From contig CAVNZM010000004.1 of the NCBI GenBank assembly GCA_963693365.1, forward strand, positions 10,134,468-10,198,467: 64,000 nt of DNA, in the 5' to 3' direction. The DNA comes from Amoebidium appalachense (Eukaryota > Protista > Ichthyosporea). The stretch's first letter is position 1. Every line of letters starts with the position of its first letter. Shown piece by piece: positions 42,861-64,000 of the stretch. The notes beneath the pieces were generated by a model. It was not told the origin of the DNA. It saw nothing but the letters and a program-made list of their open reading frames with translations, and did no database searches. A program made the translations under genes and the position numbers.

Positions 42861-43541
42861 GGAGGGGGGGGGGGATTGAACGACACGCTGTGTATGGTGG
42901 TGTGCTGATGGTGGTTGGGACGGGTCCTAGGGAGAACGAGGAAATACTCCGGGGGGGTGTCTACATGTGTGTGTTATTGGTACGGACAACGGGAAGGGGG
43001 GGAGGGGGGGGGGAGGGGCGGGTGAGAGGGAGGGGAGGGTTGGCTGCAAGATAAAAACACAAACACAACCGTTAGTACATTGAATCAGCAAATTGTTGCT
43101 CTGTGTTCCGGACCAGACACCTGCAAGCAGGTGCTCATACATCTGGTAGTACGGTGCTTCATAATCATTTTAATTGCACTCCATTATTATGGCTTATACT
43201 GTTTTTCTTTAAGTTACCAATCGAAGCGTAAACCAGAGGACAGGACCGACGTTAACGTGCTATTTACATATGTTACAGATGTGCTTTTCCTACATATGAA
43301 TCCACAAAATGTCTTAAGTGTGTTCAGTATGAAAATGTGGCTGGCTATGGTGTACCCCTGTTAGAACACTCGTGACTTGGATTTTCTGTTTGAACATCAT
43401 GTGGTAGTGTGCATCAATTTCTCCCCAAACCGACCATGTGCCTTATTCCCTGGCTCGCCCACACTCAAGGGGGGCAGCTCGAAAGAGATGTGCTTTTCCG
43501 TGTAATTTCGTTTTCCCATCAGTAGCCACCACACCCTCCCG

Positions 43542-44192
43542 TCAACACTCCCCACTCAGCTGATTCACATCAGTGATCTCGTTAAACCGACCCATTTGCT
43601 TCGCCTGCGCACGCTTGCTGGAAGGAGGTGAAAAAAAACCAGCACGCTCCAGCTTCGCCATAGGCATACTGTGTGCCAGCCCCAAGGATGGAAAGGACGC
43701 AGGGTTTATGGGTGCCTTTGCCTGTGTCTGTGCTACAAATCGAGCTTGTTCGTTGTTCAACACATCGTGTGACATTGACCCAGTGCCCTTGTTGAGTTGT
43801 GCCCAAAAGGGGACCTCTCTCTCGGCTGCATGCTCGTGCTCGTGCGTGTGCCTGTGCATGTGCGTGTCCTTGTGCCCTTCCATCATTTTCTCCGTGAATT
43901 CCGCAAACCTGTTAGACATGTTCTTCATGGAAATGAGCAATTTGTCATGCGCAGACGACTCTCGCCTCTCCTCGTGCAGGTAGTGAGGAGTGCCCACAAA
44001 GTGAATGGTGGAGCGAACGGGCGGGGCGGGAGGTAACGAAACCGTTTCCCACTGAGTTTCTTCATCAATAGACAGGGCGTCGACGGGTGCAGTGAGGGTA
44101 GCTGGGGGTGAACGGGCACGGTGCATTGACTTTTCTGCTGCATGATTTGTTCTGAGGTGAACTGAATGACTGCTGTCGGCTGCAACAGGCAT
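43542..44192 (-). CDS. Single-exon hypothetical protein, 216 aa, His-rich patch
   Basis: ATG-started, non-repetitive 216-codon ORF; TTTAAATA TATA-like motif ~65 nt upstream; no family recognised. Confidence 0.6.
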   Translation of the reverse strand: MPVAADSSHSVHLRTNHAAEKSMHRARSPPATLTAPVDALSIDEETQWETVSLPPAPPVRSTIHFVGTPHYLHEERRESSAHDKLLISMKNMSNRFAEFTEKMMEGHKDTHMHRHTHEHEHAAEREVPFWAQLNKGTGSMSHDVLNNEQARFVAQTQAKAPINPASFPSLGLAHSMPMAKLERAGFFSPPSSKRAQAKQMGRFNEITDVNQLSGEC

Positions 44193-45745
44193 GGTGGAGT
44201 GTATGTGCTAGAAAGCACTAAAGGAGACAGCTGGGGTGTGTGGTGTGTGTGGCCTATTTAAATTGTTTACTGTTAGATTAGCGAGGGCTTGAAACGGTCA
44301 ACAGAGCACTTCTGTGTCTAATTGCGAACATATACAGAGCCTGAAAGCCTGTTCGAATACTCATAGGTTTGCCCTGCTATCACTTCAGGTTTGTGCTTCA
44401 GTTACCAGGTCCCCGTTAGATTCTGTTCTTAGATGCATCGCACACGACGTTTGTATACAAGTTGTCGGATATAGTTTTTGTTTGCTCAGTGAGCACTGAG
44501 TACACTTTGAAAGGCTACACTGTGCTTCGTGGGGTCACGTTTGTTCAATAAACGGAAATGAGGAAGTTTCGTTGGTGCGGACAGGGGTGTCTCCCACAAT
44601 TTGACGCAGATCGATCGATTCGGAATGTGGATCGGAATGCTCACACTCAGGTGTGTCAGACTGTGATGTTGTTATCGATTTTCAATTGGGACAAGAACGA
44701 GTGGATAAGGATATTTTTGTTAAAGTATTTTTCATTGACTACAAATTGATATACGTGCATCATAGGACCTTATTGATGAATTTATTTAACCTTTACATAT
44801 GCTTTTTAACACCTGTGTTTCAAAGATGCAAACGTTTTGGGCTTAGTACCAATAAAGACAACCAATCTAATCTCTTTTTTATGAACCATATATAGCAAAC
44901 CGTAGAGGAAGCCGAATTTTCCCCGGAGCACTGGGAAATGCAGTTTAAAAGGAGCGCGTTAGCTTAACTGAATAAAATATTCGTGAACAAACTTATAAGT
45001 ATAAAACCTCATAAATATAAAAATAATCTATGAACGATAAATAGGTATATGGTTAGTAAAGGCGAACATTTGTTTCATGCGAAGCAATCCCAATGGTCTT
45101 TTGTTCAACTTGCTTTTTTACCCGTCTCCAGGAAATCAACGATTGGCTGCATGAATTTTAGGGGAACCAATCGTTTAAAAACGCACTTCTCTCCCTATCG
45201 AATTCTCCTCCTCTCCCAGTGGGGCCATGAGACTGCAAGTACAATCTGCAGCTTCACTTTATATTGCATTATACGATTGCCGACTCGCTGGTAGCTCAGC
45301 TGTTGATAACATCTTTCGAAACCTTCTGTTAATATAACAGCATACATAATTATAAGAAAACTATGGTTAGCTTTACGTCACCCAGACCTATATCCCCACC
45401 ACAGCCCTGGCCTCAACACTACACCTACAAAAAAGAATTCCATTTGCAAATTCGGTCACTCCCAACTTTCCCCCCCGAAGATTTGTACATCCAATTAAAT
45501 TATGTTTAGCTTATCTAATTTAGGGAATTCTATTTTCAGATATAACCAACCAGAACCATGATCCTATTTGCCTATCAGATGGCGCCAGATTAGTGAGCCG
45601 CCTCAGACGTCAGTGGGTAGGCCATGAGCACGGCTTGTCTCACAGAGTCACATGCATAGGCAGGCAGGGTTGAACGTTCGAGGGCGGGGAAAGGTGGTTT
45701 GTCCGTAAAGGAAAGAGCAGGTTTAAAAAAGGAACAGGCACAAAC

Positions 45746-54384
<8,639 letters not shown>

Positions 54385-54867
54385 TTTTGTGCGGAATGGC
54401 CAATTGGGATTTGTGGGATAGGATTGTGGACCGACATGTTCTCTTGGTTTTGTTGGGTGATCCATGGGGTATGCAGGCATGTTGCTATGTAGCAGTGCTC
54501 CATATCTAGTTTGCTGTAGGGCAGTTGTCACGCAAATGGCGGACACACTAGAGATGGCATGACCCAAAACACAGTTAAATTATTCCGGGTGGCACGTATG
54601 CAGGTTCTTCTTTCTACGCTGTGTGATAGACCTGTGTTTGAAGGTGTAATGCTGCATTGGTGTTAAATCGCGGTCATGTGGACTGAGCAAGAAGACTCAC
54701 GATGAAATGATGAAATTTACTTGTATGGTATTCATTGGTAGTCCTTTCATATTTATTCTGTATCCATATGCGGGATATGCCACTGCAGCTCAGCTAACCA
54801 TAAACCTCTGGTACAAAAAGTAATCTGCGGTGCTAACCGTTTGGTGTCCCCCCCTCCCCTCGCTCCC

Positions 54868-54954
<87 letters not shown>

Positions 54955-55192
54955 CCGTTTTATTTCACTATCCGGATCACCGCACCTCTTCCCCAACTGT
55001 CTACACCCTCGTTTTGTGAGATTGATTAGCTGCACCTGCTGTGTCTTGCTGTAGCGTAGCTTGGTACTGAATATTTTGTGCGACATCGTGAGAGTACCCC
55101 CCTCCCCACACCCCCACCCTCCCCTCCTTCCCCCTCCCCCCTGCATATGTTGTGGCATCCTGGAAGTATCCTTCCCCCCCTCCCCCCCCCTT

Positions 55193-55250
<58 letters not shown>

Positions 55251-56259
55251 TCATGCGCATACACTAACACATGTCCCTATCCCCTTCCCCCCTCCCCCCC
55301 TCCCCCCTCCCCCCCAACACACACACACACACACATGCGTAGGCACCTTTAGTACACCCCCCCTCCATAAACTATCTCATTAACAGCTGGAAGTATTTTC
55401 CCTTGTGTCCAAATGCAATTTACAGATATTTACGGTCTTCCTTTAACAACTCATTGGCACTCAAGTGCGGCCGTATGTGCATGGCTCACATGCATATTCA
55501 ACATGTGGAGCATGGACGCTCGCATTTTCTTTTCACAAAATGCGCCTGCACGTTCTATGTATACACGTACACGTGCAAGCATATCCCTGCACCCACACAT
55601 GTAACGTAAAAACACCTGTACAATATGGACACACGTTCGATCGCAAACTTGCCCATGGGCCACTGATAATTATAATTAAACCACATGTAACGGAACCATT
55701 CAGATTGGCCCAACACAGATACCAACACATGCACATGTACATGTGGTACGTATACGTATCTGCAAAACTTCATAAATCGCCCTACCGGACATCGCCAATA
55801 TGCCTACATATGTACACACGTGGGGTGCAGCCATACAATGGGTGACATAAAATTCCACTTTTTCAGGTAACACATATGGACGTGTTACCGAAAAACTGTG
55901 GTTTGGTCTTTGATCAAAGCAAAAGCTCAAGGAAGTGGTTCATGTTTATTCTTCGTCGCAAGCGCATCCGGTTTGATCGGATCACCCATATAAGGTAATA
56001 GCCGCCATAGCTAGCTCTTCAGGCATTCTTCAGGCAATAATGAAATTATGTAACATGTAGTGGTTACCAGACCACCAGTGAGTCATGCACACATACTCTG
56101 TTCCGTCCGCCGGTACGGTAGCATCTACACAATGCATGCATGTGTGTGTTCCATGCAAAACACGAAGAGCCCCCCTCAAAACTTCTCATAAACACAAATT
56201 AACATTTTCATTCCCACGCTTTGAACGTCGGAAAGTGGCTCTTTAACCTATGCGCAAAC

Positions 56260-58258
56260 CTATTCTTCACAGGGCATTTTAAAGTCACGAGGCAGACCAA
56301 GCATAGCCCTCTGCATGGCTGGCAGGCCCTTGTACGGCCCAAGACGTTTGCACTCCTCTTGGGCGGCAACTTTGAGAGCCAGTCGTTTGTCCTCCTTGCC
56401 ATATTTGGTAGCCACATCACTATATACGGCACCCAGCATGGATGATAGGTCGGTGATACGCTGGAAGTCGGGGGAGGCGCGGAAGGAGGGGATCTGGAAG
56501 AGGTTAAAGAATGATTAGTAGAAGTTTCTCAGTTCATTTTCTGCCTTCTTTTTGATTTCCCCTTTTTTTGTTGTTGTTGTTGTGCTGGTGGTGGTGGTTT
56601 TTTTTTTGTTTTTTTTTTTTGTTTTTTTTTGGTGGTGGGGGTGGGGGGGGGGGGGGGGGGAGGGGGGGGGAGGGAAGCTGCGAAAACAAGGGGCAAAAGA
56701 GCAAGACCCAAACATTACCCTCCCCCCCCCCCCCCCCCCCGGACACACAGACCTAAATTCATCCAATCGTTTGCCTATGCTCAACCATTTACGTGTGCTG
56801 CACACTCTTGCGCACCGATTCTCATTTGTTCTCATGCAATACATTGAGCAAAAAAATACACAATGGCGCACAGTAAGCATACACGCAAGTGCACATACAC
56901 ACTGTACGTACACAGACTCTATAGCACTTTTACATAAGCTCACCGTGCACACATGTGCTTGCAATCACATACACAACAAGAAACATGCGCACACACACGC
57001 ATATATGACGCACATATATACGGTCACCATGCACATTAACACACGCATACACCGCAGCACACACACGCGGACACACACACCACCGCACACACATGCACCC
57101 ACATGCGCCATAGCACACACGTGCACACACACACACACGCACACCACCGCACACGCACACACAAACACATTCATACACGTGCACACATACATACACACAC
57201 ACACGTGCACACGGATACACACCATTGAACGTCCCGCTGTGCTATTGCCCACTGTCTCGACCCATGCCCTCAAATAGTCAGCCGGCCCCCACCCAGCCGT
57301 AGGGTTGGTGCGGTCCTGCGCATTCTCAGCCATCCACGGAACCTGTGTGGGATTGGTCGGTGAAACGGTTACGTGATTAGGATCCACCAATCAAAGAGAG
57401 CCCGAATTAGTGTGCAAGATACTGATTGGGTGATCTAGTTGCTGGGGGGAAAGACTGCAGGAGGTGGGTATGAAGGCATGAGGAGCAGTATTTCCAAGTT
57501 CGTGGGCGTTTGGGTTAAAAGGGTAGTGTGGGCCAATCAAATATGTGTATCCTGGGTAGGTTAGGTCAATGAAAGGTGAGTGTGGCCCAATCAAACATCA
57601 GGAAGAGGATAGCGTGGGCCAATCAAACAACACGAGGAAGAGAATAGCGTGGGCCAAGCAAACACGAGGAAGAGGATAGTGTGGGCCGATCAAAAAAGTG
57701 CATCGAGGGCAGGGTGGGCCAAATAAAGATGTGGGGAGAGGAGGAAAAGAAAGGAATATCGTTGGCCTGTGATAGGTAGAGTGGGTGGGTGGATGGAGGT
57801 TTTGGTGTGGCAAACGGGGGGTGGGGTGGGGTGTGTGTGTGGGGGGGGAGGCTGTTTTGGAGAACGGGAAGGGAGGAGGATTGGCAGGAGGTAGTCTACC
57901 TGGCTAGGGCAGGCAGACAGGGCATCCCTCCAGACGCCCTGCGAGTCCAGTAGGCCAGCAGCATACGTGTAGTTGAGTCTCTCGATGGAATGCACATTGC
58001 GAGGTGTGACGGTGTACGGATACGAGAGCATGGGGTCATCAAACCCATGGGGCATGTTCACACCACTCTCCTCATACACCCAACTGGGCGGTGCCTGGCG
58101 TTCGTCTGGACTTACGGTGGATGCATTGTGGCAGTATTGCCACGTGGCAAATAGTTTATCGACAAAGGCATGGTGCGACCAGAAGGCGGGGTCGTTGGGT
58201 GAGGAGAGCACATCACGCATCGTGCCTCCTGGCTGCAGTGGGGGGGGACGGGGGGGGT

Positions 58259-58305
<47 letters not shown>

Positions 58306-58902
58306 AGGGGGAGAATTTGGGGGGAAACGGGGGAAGAGGGGGGAGGGGGTTATGTGCGGTTAGTCGTTATTGGTGGTGTCTAAATATGGAAGGGGGCTTT
58401 GTGGGTGGGAAGGGGGAGGGGAGAGGGGCGGGGGGGGAGGGGGGGGGGGGAGGGAGGGGGGGAGGAGGGGTTTGGGTACTGGTGGCGGTGGAAGTGAGGA
58501 AGTCTTCTTGTGTTGGTTAGTCATTTTGGGGTAGGCAGATGCAGGGTGGAGGTGTAAAAGGGGCGAAAGGCTACATGCGGGCTGTAGTGTGCGTGTGTGT
58601 GTGGCGGGGGGAGGGGGGGGGGGAGAGAGGGGGGGGAGGAGGGGCTGAATTAGGGACTGGGGGTGGGGTGAGTGGGTGGGGGGGGGGGGGGGGCATTGGG
58701 TGTGCTCATCCGGATAACATCAGCTAGTGAGTAACTCCACAGGGACGAATAACAGAAAAATTTGAGTTCTTTGCTGCATTTATTCGGTAGCTCAATCTTT
58801 GGCATAACCATAACAGAGGCCGGGATTGCGGAGGCATAAATTACTGTGGCGAGTCCGGGGCTTGTGGGGAGGGGAGGGGGGGGAGGGGGGAGGGGAGGGG
58901 AA

Positions 58903-58934
<32 letters not shown>

Positions 58935-60097
58935 ACGACCATGGCCAACCAGGAAGCGGGAAAAAAAGAAAGGGGGGGAGGGGGGGGGAGGGGAACAAAG
59001 GCTCTCAGTACCTGGTTGTGTGGAAGTGCATGCCACCCCTTAACGGCGTCTGAAAACGGTGTAAATCTATCCAAATTTACGATACCGTTGGTCACCTCAA
59101 TTGGCCCAGATGGACGCCAGGGGTCAGGGAATGGCCTTGTGACGCATTGGTTCCCCCCATAGCGGATGGTTGCGGGGCCAAAAATTTCGTCAACCACACA
59201 GTGATCCCCCACCCCACCCATATCACGGAACATGGGGATGGCTTCAGGTCTCATGCCTACATCGGCTGTCCAGTCCCAATATGGGAGGGTTATGCATGAG
59301 AACCGATCTCCAAGACCGCGGAGCTGTGTGTATGTGTTGGGAGGGGGGGGGGGGAGGGGAGGGTCAGAGGAGAACGGGGGATGGTGGGATGAGTGGGTGG
59401 GTGGGTGAAGGGTGTATGTGTGTGTGTGTGTGTGTGTGTGGTTGTGTGTGTTTTTTTTTTTGGTGGGGAGGGAAGGTGAAGATGTGCACGTAACTACATG
59501 ATGCGCTTGGGTGCTTGGCTTTGTGCATATCTACGGCCTGATGGTGCTTGCACCTATGTGGTTGTACCTGCCTACATGTATGCGGCAAACAACTTGTACA
59601 CAGCTGCATGTGTATGTGTTCTCGGCGTGTCTACACTTGTCGTGTGACCTTGTGAAATGTGCTGTGTGGATTAAGAAACCTTTGCGTTTTATAAAAGTGG
59701 AAGCGTGTGTTTTGTGTCTATGATCGCGCAAAACTGTGTGGAAGATAGAGTAGTGGGGAGAGGTGTGGAGGGGGTAGAGGAGAGGTGGGATGGGGTAAGG
59801 GAGGGTTCAACTTGGTTGTCGCTGCGCATTCAGGGAGTCCTTTTTTTTTTTTTCTTTTGGGGGGGGGGGGGGGGGGGGAAGGGGGGGCAGGGGAGGAGAT
59901 GTGGAGGAGGGGGAAGAAGGGGGGGGGGGGGGGGGGGGGGGGAGGGGGGGGGGGGGGGAGGAGGATCCCGAAGACTGTAATATGTTAAGTCGTGATGTAA
60001 ATTCCTTCTCCCCCCCCCCCCCCCCCCCCCCCTTCCCCACCCCGGAAGGTTCCACCCCTCGCGAGTTATGCACACATATTCCTAACCATCCCCCCTC

Positions 60098-60139
<42 letters not shown>

Positions 60140-60686
60140 AAAAAAAAGAAAAGAAAAAAAAATAATAATAATAATAAAACTTGATAATAATAAAAAAAAT
60201 AAAAAATAACAATAGTAATAATAATAAACAAAAACAATTAATAACGGATGCATTATCAAGAAGCAACTTGAAAAAAAGGAAACTAGAGGTACATACCTGG
60301 TCCTCGAACAGCAGCACAAACTCTCTGTGCCAGTGCAGGAATGCATTCGTGTAGTGCGCAAACGGCTCGGCAACCTGCGCCTCGTGGAAGGGGATGATGT
60401 CCCGGTACTCCCCACGTGCAACAAGTGTTCTTACGGCTTCTAGATAGTTCTCTTGCTGCTCGGGGCTCAGATCGCGCCATTCCCGCCGAACACGTGTACC
60501 ATCAGCCAATGAAAGACCTTCGCACAAAACACGTTGATTGGGCGGAGGCCCGGTTGGGCGAGGGGTGGCCGTGGGGGTGGAATCTTCGATGGATGTGGTT
60601 GTTGTGGAGGAAGGTGGAGGGGGACGCTGGGCAAGGATAGGTAGTGTGGAGGAGAGGAGCAGGGTGGTAAAAACTATGGAAATCAT
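56260..60686 (-). CDS. Secreted tyrosinase / type-3 copper protein; 5 exons (60686-60297, 59323-59012, 58232-57900, 57342-57223, 56493-56260), ~462 aa
   Basis: Signal peptide; [10 protein letters not shown]; Cu[21 protein letters not shown]; LPYWDW; CuB WHALPH...[19 protein letters not shown]; YTY. All introns phase 0. Confidence 0.92.
57520..57725. repeat. Degenerate minisatellite (GAGGAAGAGGATAGTGTGGGCCAATCAAA..., ~6 copies) in tyrosinase intron 3
   Basis: Recurrent GTGGGCCAATCAAA core. Confidence 0.75.
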
Positions 60687-61809
60687 TTTTGTTTCTTCCT
60701 TTTTGTGCAAAGTCTTGCCCGTGTGTGGCAAAACTCTATACCAAACACCGTGTCTTTAGACCAAAAATCCAATTGCTTAAAATATAGATTATAACGTGGG
60801 GGAGGCACGGGGGGGGGGGGGGGGGGGGGGGGGGACAGAAGGGGGTAGAGAGGGAGGGGGGGGGGGGGGGGGGAGGGGGGCTGTGATTGTGTACTCGCAG
60901 TTAACAAAGCAGTACAAACATATATTGGCAAAACAGTTTATCTACAAGGATGGGCATGCACTGAGTCAAAAAAAATAAATAATAATAAGCAGCAGCAGCT
61001 AGCTTTAGTGGAGTGGGAAAACATGGAAAGCAGACGGATTGCAGCTGCTTTTGAGGCTTAAGCTTGTGTGCAAACAGATACTCGAAGTGGCACTATTCAC
61101 CACCGATCATAGGCTTTATTATCTGTCCCCTGTCGTCAGAACCTGCCTGTTGGGGGGTTGGGGTGGTTGTTGCTCCACCTAATTATTTCTGGAGACCATG
61201 AAAGGGAGAGCTAGAAGCTGTATTTGTGGCATACATGTGCATATAGGGTGACTGATGCACAATATGCTAATAATAACGTAACCATTCAACACCCTGTCAC
61301 ACACTTGTCATCGTTTGAAATCGTATGCATCTGCACCATGTCAATCAATATGGGGACCACCTGCCGATTTCGAGGTGTAGACAAATACAGTAATGGACCG
61401 TGATTCCTCTGAAGTTCCTATATATGATGCTAAATGACTTAAGAGTTTATTGAATTGCATTAAAAACATCGCACTTCAGCAAAATATCTCAAGTAGTTAT
61501 ATGGTACACATATATAGCCAGCTGCAACATGGAATGCATGCACGTGACATTCTCGGGTGTCGATAACACAATATCAAAAATGAATGGTTTCGTTTGCTGG
61601 GGTGCATGTATCACCTGTGTTTCTGACATTTCTGAATTCTCTACTTTGTACAGCTTTGTTTTGTCTTTGATATTTAGCGCTAATGTGCGACGAGGGAATG
61701 AGTGGCTTTCTTACGTCTCTGAACGTCTCTGCTGTCCAGACGTCCAGATGACTCGAGTCGTGTGACGTAGACGTTGCCGGTCGGCTCGCAAAAAAAAAAA
61801 GCCACTTGA

Positions 61810-61831
61810 TCCCACAATCAAGCAGCCAAAA
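61810..61831 (+). promoter_or_regulatory. Putative snRNA-type upstream element TCCCACAATCAA.CA.CCAAAA of U3 copy 1
   Basis: Same motif at -63/-64 before both U3 copies although the flanks otherwise differ. Confidence 0.6.
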
Positions 61832-61872
61832 CTGTCGGCACCAAACCCTCAACCGTTGACCCAGGAAAGTTA

Positions 61873-62096
61873 ATGGCTGTACTCTATAGGATCATTTCTA
61901 TAGTCTACATCCATGTCTTGATCTCACCATTAAGACAATTGCTCTAGTGCGGATGAAGAGGCGCAGCACACTCACCGTAGCGTGATGTGGCTGAGGCTTC
62001 CCATGCCCTGGCCTCGGCCGGGGCTGGGTCCACAGCGTAGAGGACCGCGCCGACCCTCGGGTCTGGCGAGGTGGGCTGTGTAAGTCCGACGCACTA
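61873..62096 (+). ncRNA. U3: U3 snoRNA, copy 1
   Basis: 5' ATGGCTGTACTCTATAGGATCATTTCTATAG matches U3 boxes A'/A; C'-like GGATGAAGA; box B AGCGTGA; terminal stem TAGTGCG/CGCACTA; ~224 nt. Confidence 0.9.
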
Positions 62097-62291
62097 ACCT
62101 TCCAATTGTTGCATAATAAACGTGTACCCAATCTCCGGATCCTGCACACTCTTGCCCACAACTGCCGAGACCAATATTTTGTGTTCTACAGGTTCTACAA
62201 CTTCTCCTCCCTCCCGTCTCTCCCAGATAAATCTAGCACTCTCTCACTCGAGATGCCTCAGAGGTTCTACGCCTCTCTCTTCGTCTTTCTA

Positions 62292-62356
<65 letters not shown>

Positions 62357-62797
62357 TATCTCCATCTCTCTCTCTCTCTCTCCCCCATTCCATCTCTCCC
62401 TTCCCTCCCTCCCCCTATATCGGATCCCCGATGCCCAACGATCTCTCTGGAGCAAGATGGAAAGTTTGTCGACATCCAGCTGGGTCACAAAGATCGATCA
62501 AAGAGTGACAGGTGTGCGCTACTTTCTTTGACCTACAAGTTTACCACCCAAATAAATGCATATAATAAAATGCAAGTTTCGTTGGTAATTTACCCTCGTC
62601 TTTCTTTTCTTTTGTTGCTCAAGCCTCTACCTTTCAACCGTCACCATAGCCATGCACACGTACGTGAGAGCCGAGCACATGTGCGCTTGCTCAGCTGTTC
62701 AGAATCTGGCCGAGTGAATGTACACGTGGGTGATTGCGCAATCAATCGGCCAAAGCACACCAATCAAAAACGCGTATTCTGCAATTTTTGAACATCG

Positions 62798-62819
62798 TCC
62801 CACAATCAAACACCCAAAA
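62798..62819 (+). promoter_or_regulatory. Putative snRNA-type upstream element of U3 copy 2
   Basis: TCCCACAATCAAACACCCAAAA at -64. Confidence 0.6.
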
Positions 62820-62861
62820 ATTGATTCCTACATATTGTTGCCGGCGGCACTCTGAAGATTA

Positions 62862-63087
62862 ATGGCTGTACTCTATAGGATCATTTCTATAGTCTACATC
62901 CATGTCTTGATCTCACCATCAAGACAATTGCTCTAGTGCGGATGAAGAGGCGCAGCACACCCACCGTAGCGTGATGTGGCTGAGGCTTCCCATGCCCTGG
63001 TCTCGGCCGGGGCTGGGTCCACAGCGTAGAGGACCGCGCCGACCCTCTCGGGTCTGGCGAGGTGGGCTGTGTAAGTCCGACGCACTA
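62862..63087 (+). ncRNA. U3: U3 snoRNA, copy 2
   Basis: Near-identical to copy 1 over the RNA body only. Confidence 0.9.
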
Positions 63088-63725
63088 CACCTTTTCCATT
63101 GTAGCGAAAGTATTCAAAAATCCCCAACCATCCCATTTTTTTGTCTTGTTTCCTGCCAGCAGCTCCTGCACTCATTTTCTTTTGTTTCCTGCCAGCTTCT
63201 AAAAACTTTCGAACATCATCACATCCATTGAGTCTCTAAAATCTTAGTAGAATGGTTGCGTATGCAGGTGCTGTAAACTTGCACATGTGGTGGCAATTCA
63301 TACGCAAGTTCTGTAACGTGCACATGTGGTGACAATTCTTGTGGCGGCCATACATAACGATCGCCGGAAACTCCTGTGGCCTACTCTTTTCGAATGTTAG
63401 AGAGGAACATCGATCAGTTGCATATCCTTGAACAATAAAGAGCACCTTTAGTTGTTCTAGTTTGGCCAGCTTCCTGTTCTTTGCACACTTGTACAAAGGA
63501 AGGGAGCGAAAAGAAGCTAGATGTAAAGCAGGGATGTCCGTGTGGGGGAACGTACCCGTTTTCAACGGCAGAGGCTCTTCGACAACTTGTGAGCAAATAA
63601 ATCTGAGACACACTGGGAGAAAACTGCATCGCGCATTTGGAGAGAGGCTAACCAAAGTGCCTGGAGGAGAACTTGGTAACTCAAGTATGACCGTACAGTT
63701 CGACACCTCAACCCAACCGCCAATG

Positions 63726-64000
<275 letters not shown>

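Noticed and set aside
44590-44725. TCCCACAAT followed by an Sm-like ATTTTTG (possible snRNA)
   Set aside because: Only a partial promoter match and no recognisable snRNA sequence.

Overview
Intron-rich eukaryotic genomic DNA (GT-AG introns filled with poly-C/poly-G, (CA)n, (CT)n and (CACG)n). The gene content suggests a non-animal opisthokont-type protist such as an ichthyosporean, but this is inference only. Spliced models with consistent exon phases: a membrane-anchored LTD-CotH kinase (+), a GLUT-like MFS sugar porter (-), a secreted CBM1-GH19 chitinase with a gammaproteobacterial-like catalytic domain (+), PPIL2/CYP60 U-box cyclophilin (17 exons, -) and a secreted tyrosinase (-). A kynurenine/glutamine aminotransferase (+) carries one apparent +1 indel. 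Also present are two hypothetical genes, a decayed intronless ORF and two tandem U3 snoRNA genes with a shared upstream element. The most notable signal is a family of retroelement-like repeats (about 10 copies, at least two diverged subfamilies) ending in ...GCATTCAAA next to a (C)n tract, 5'-truncated and in one case head-to-tail. Their 3' region folds into a covarying pseudoknotted RNA containing all hammerhead core motifs (CUGANGA, GAAA, NUH) in a strand order not seen in type I/II/III hammerheads. All coordinates and alignments were done by eye; no searches were run.
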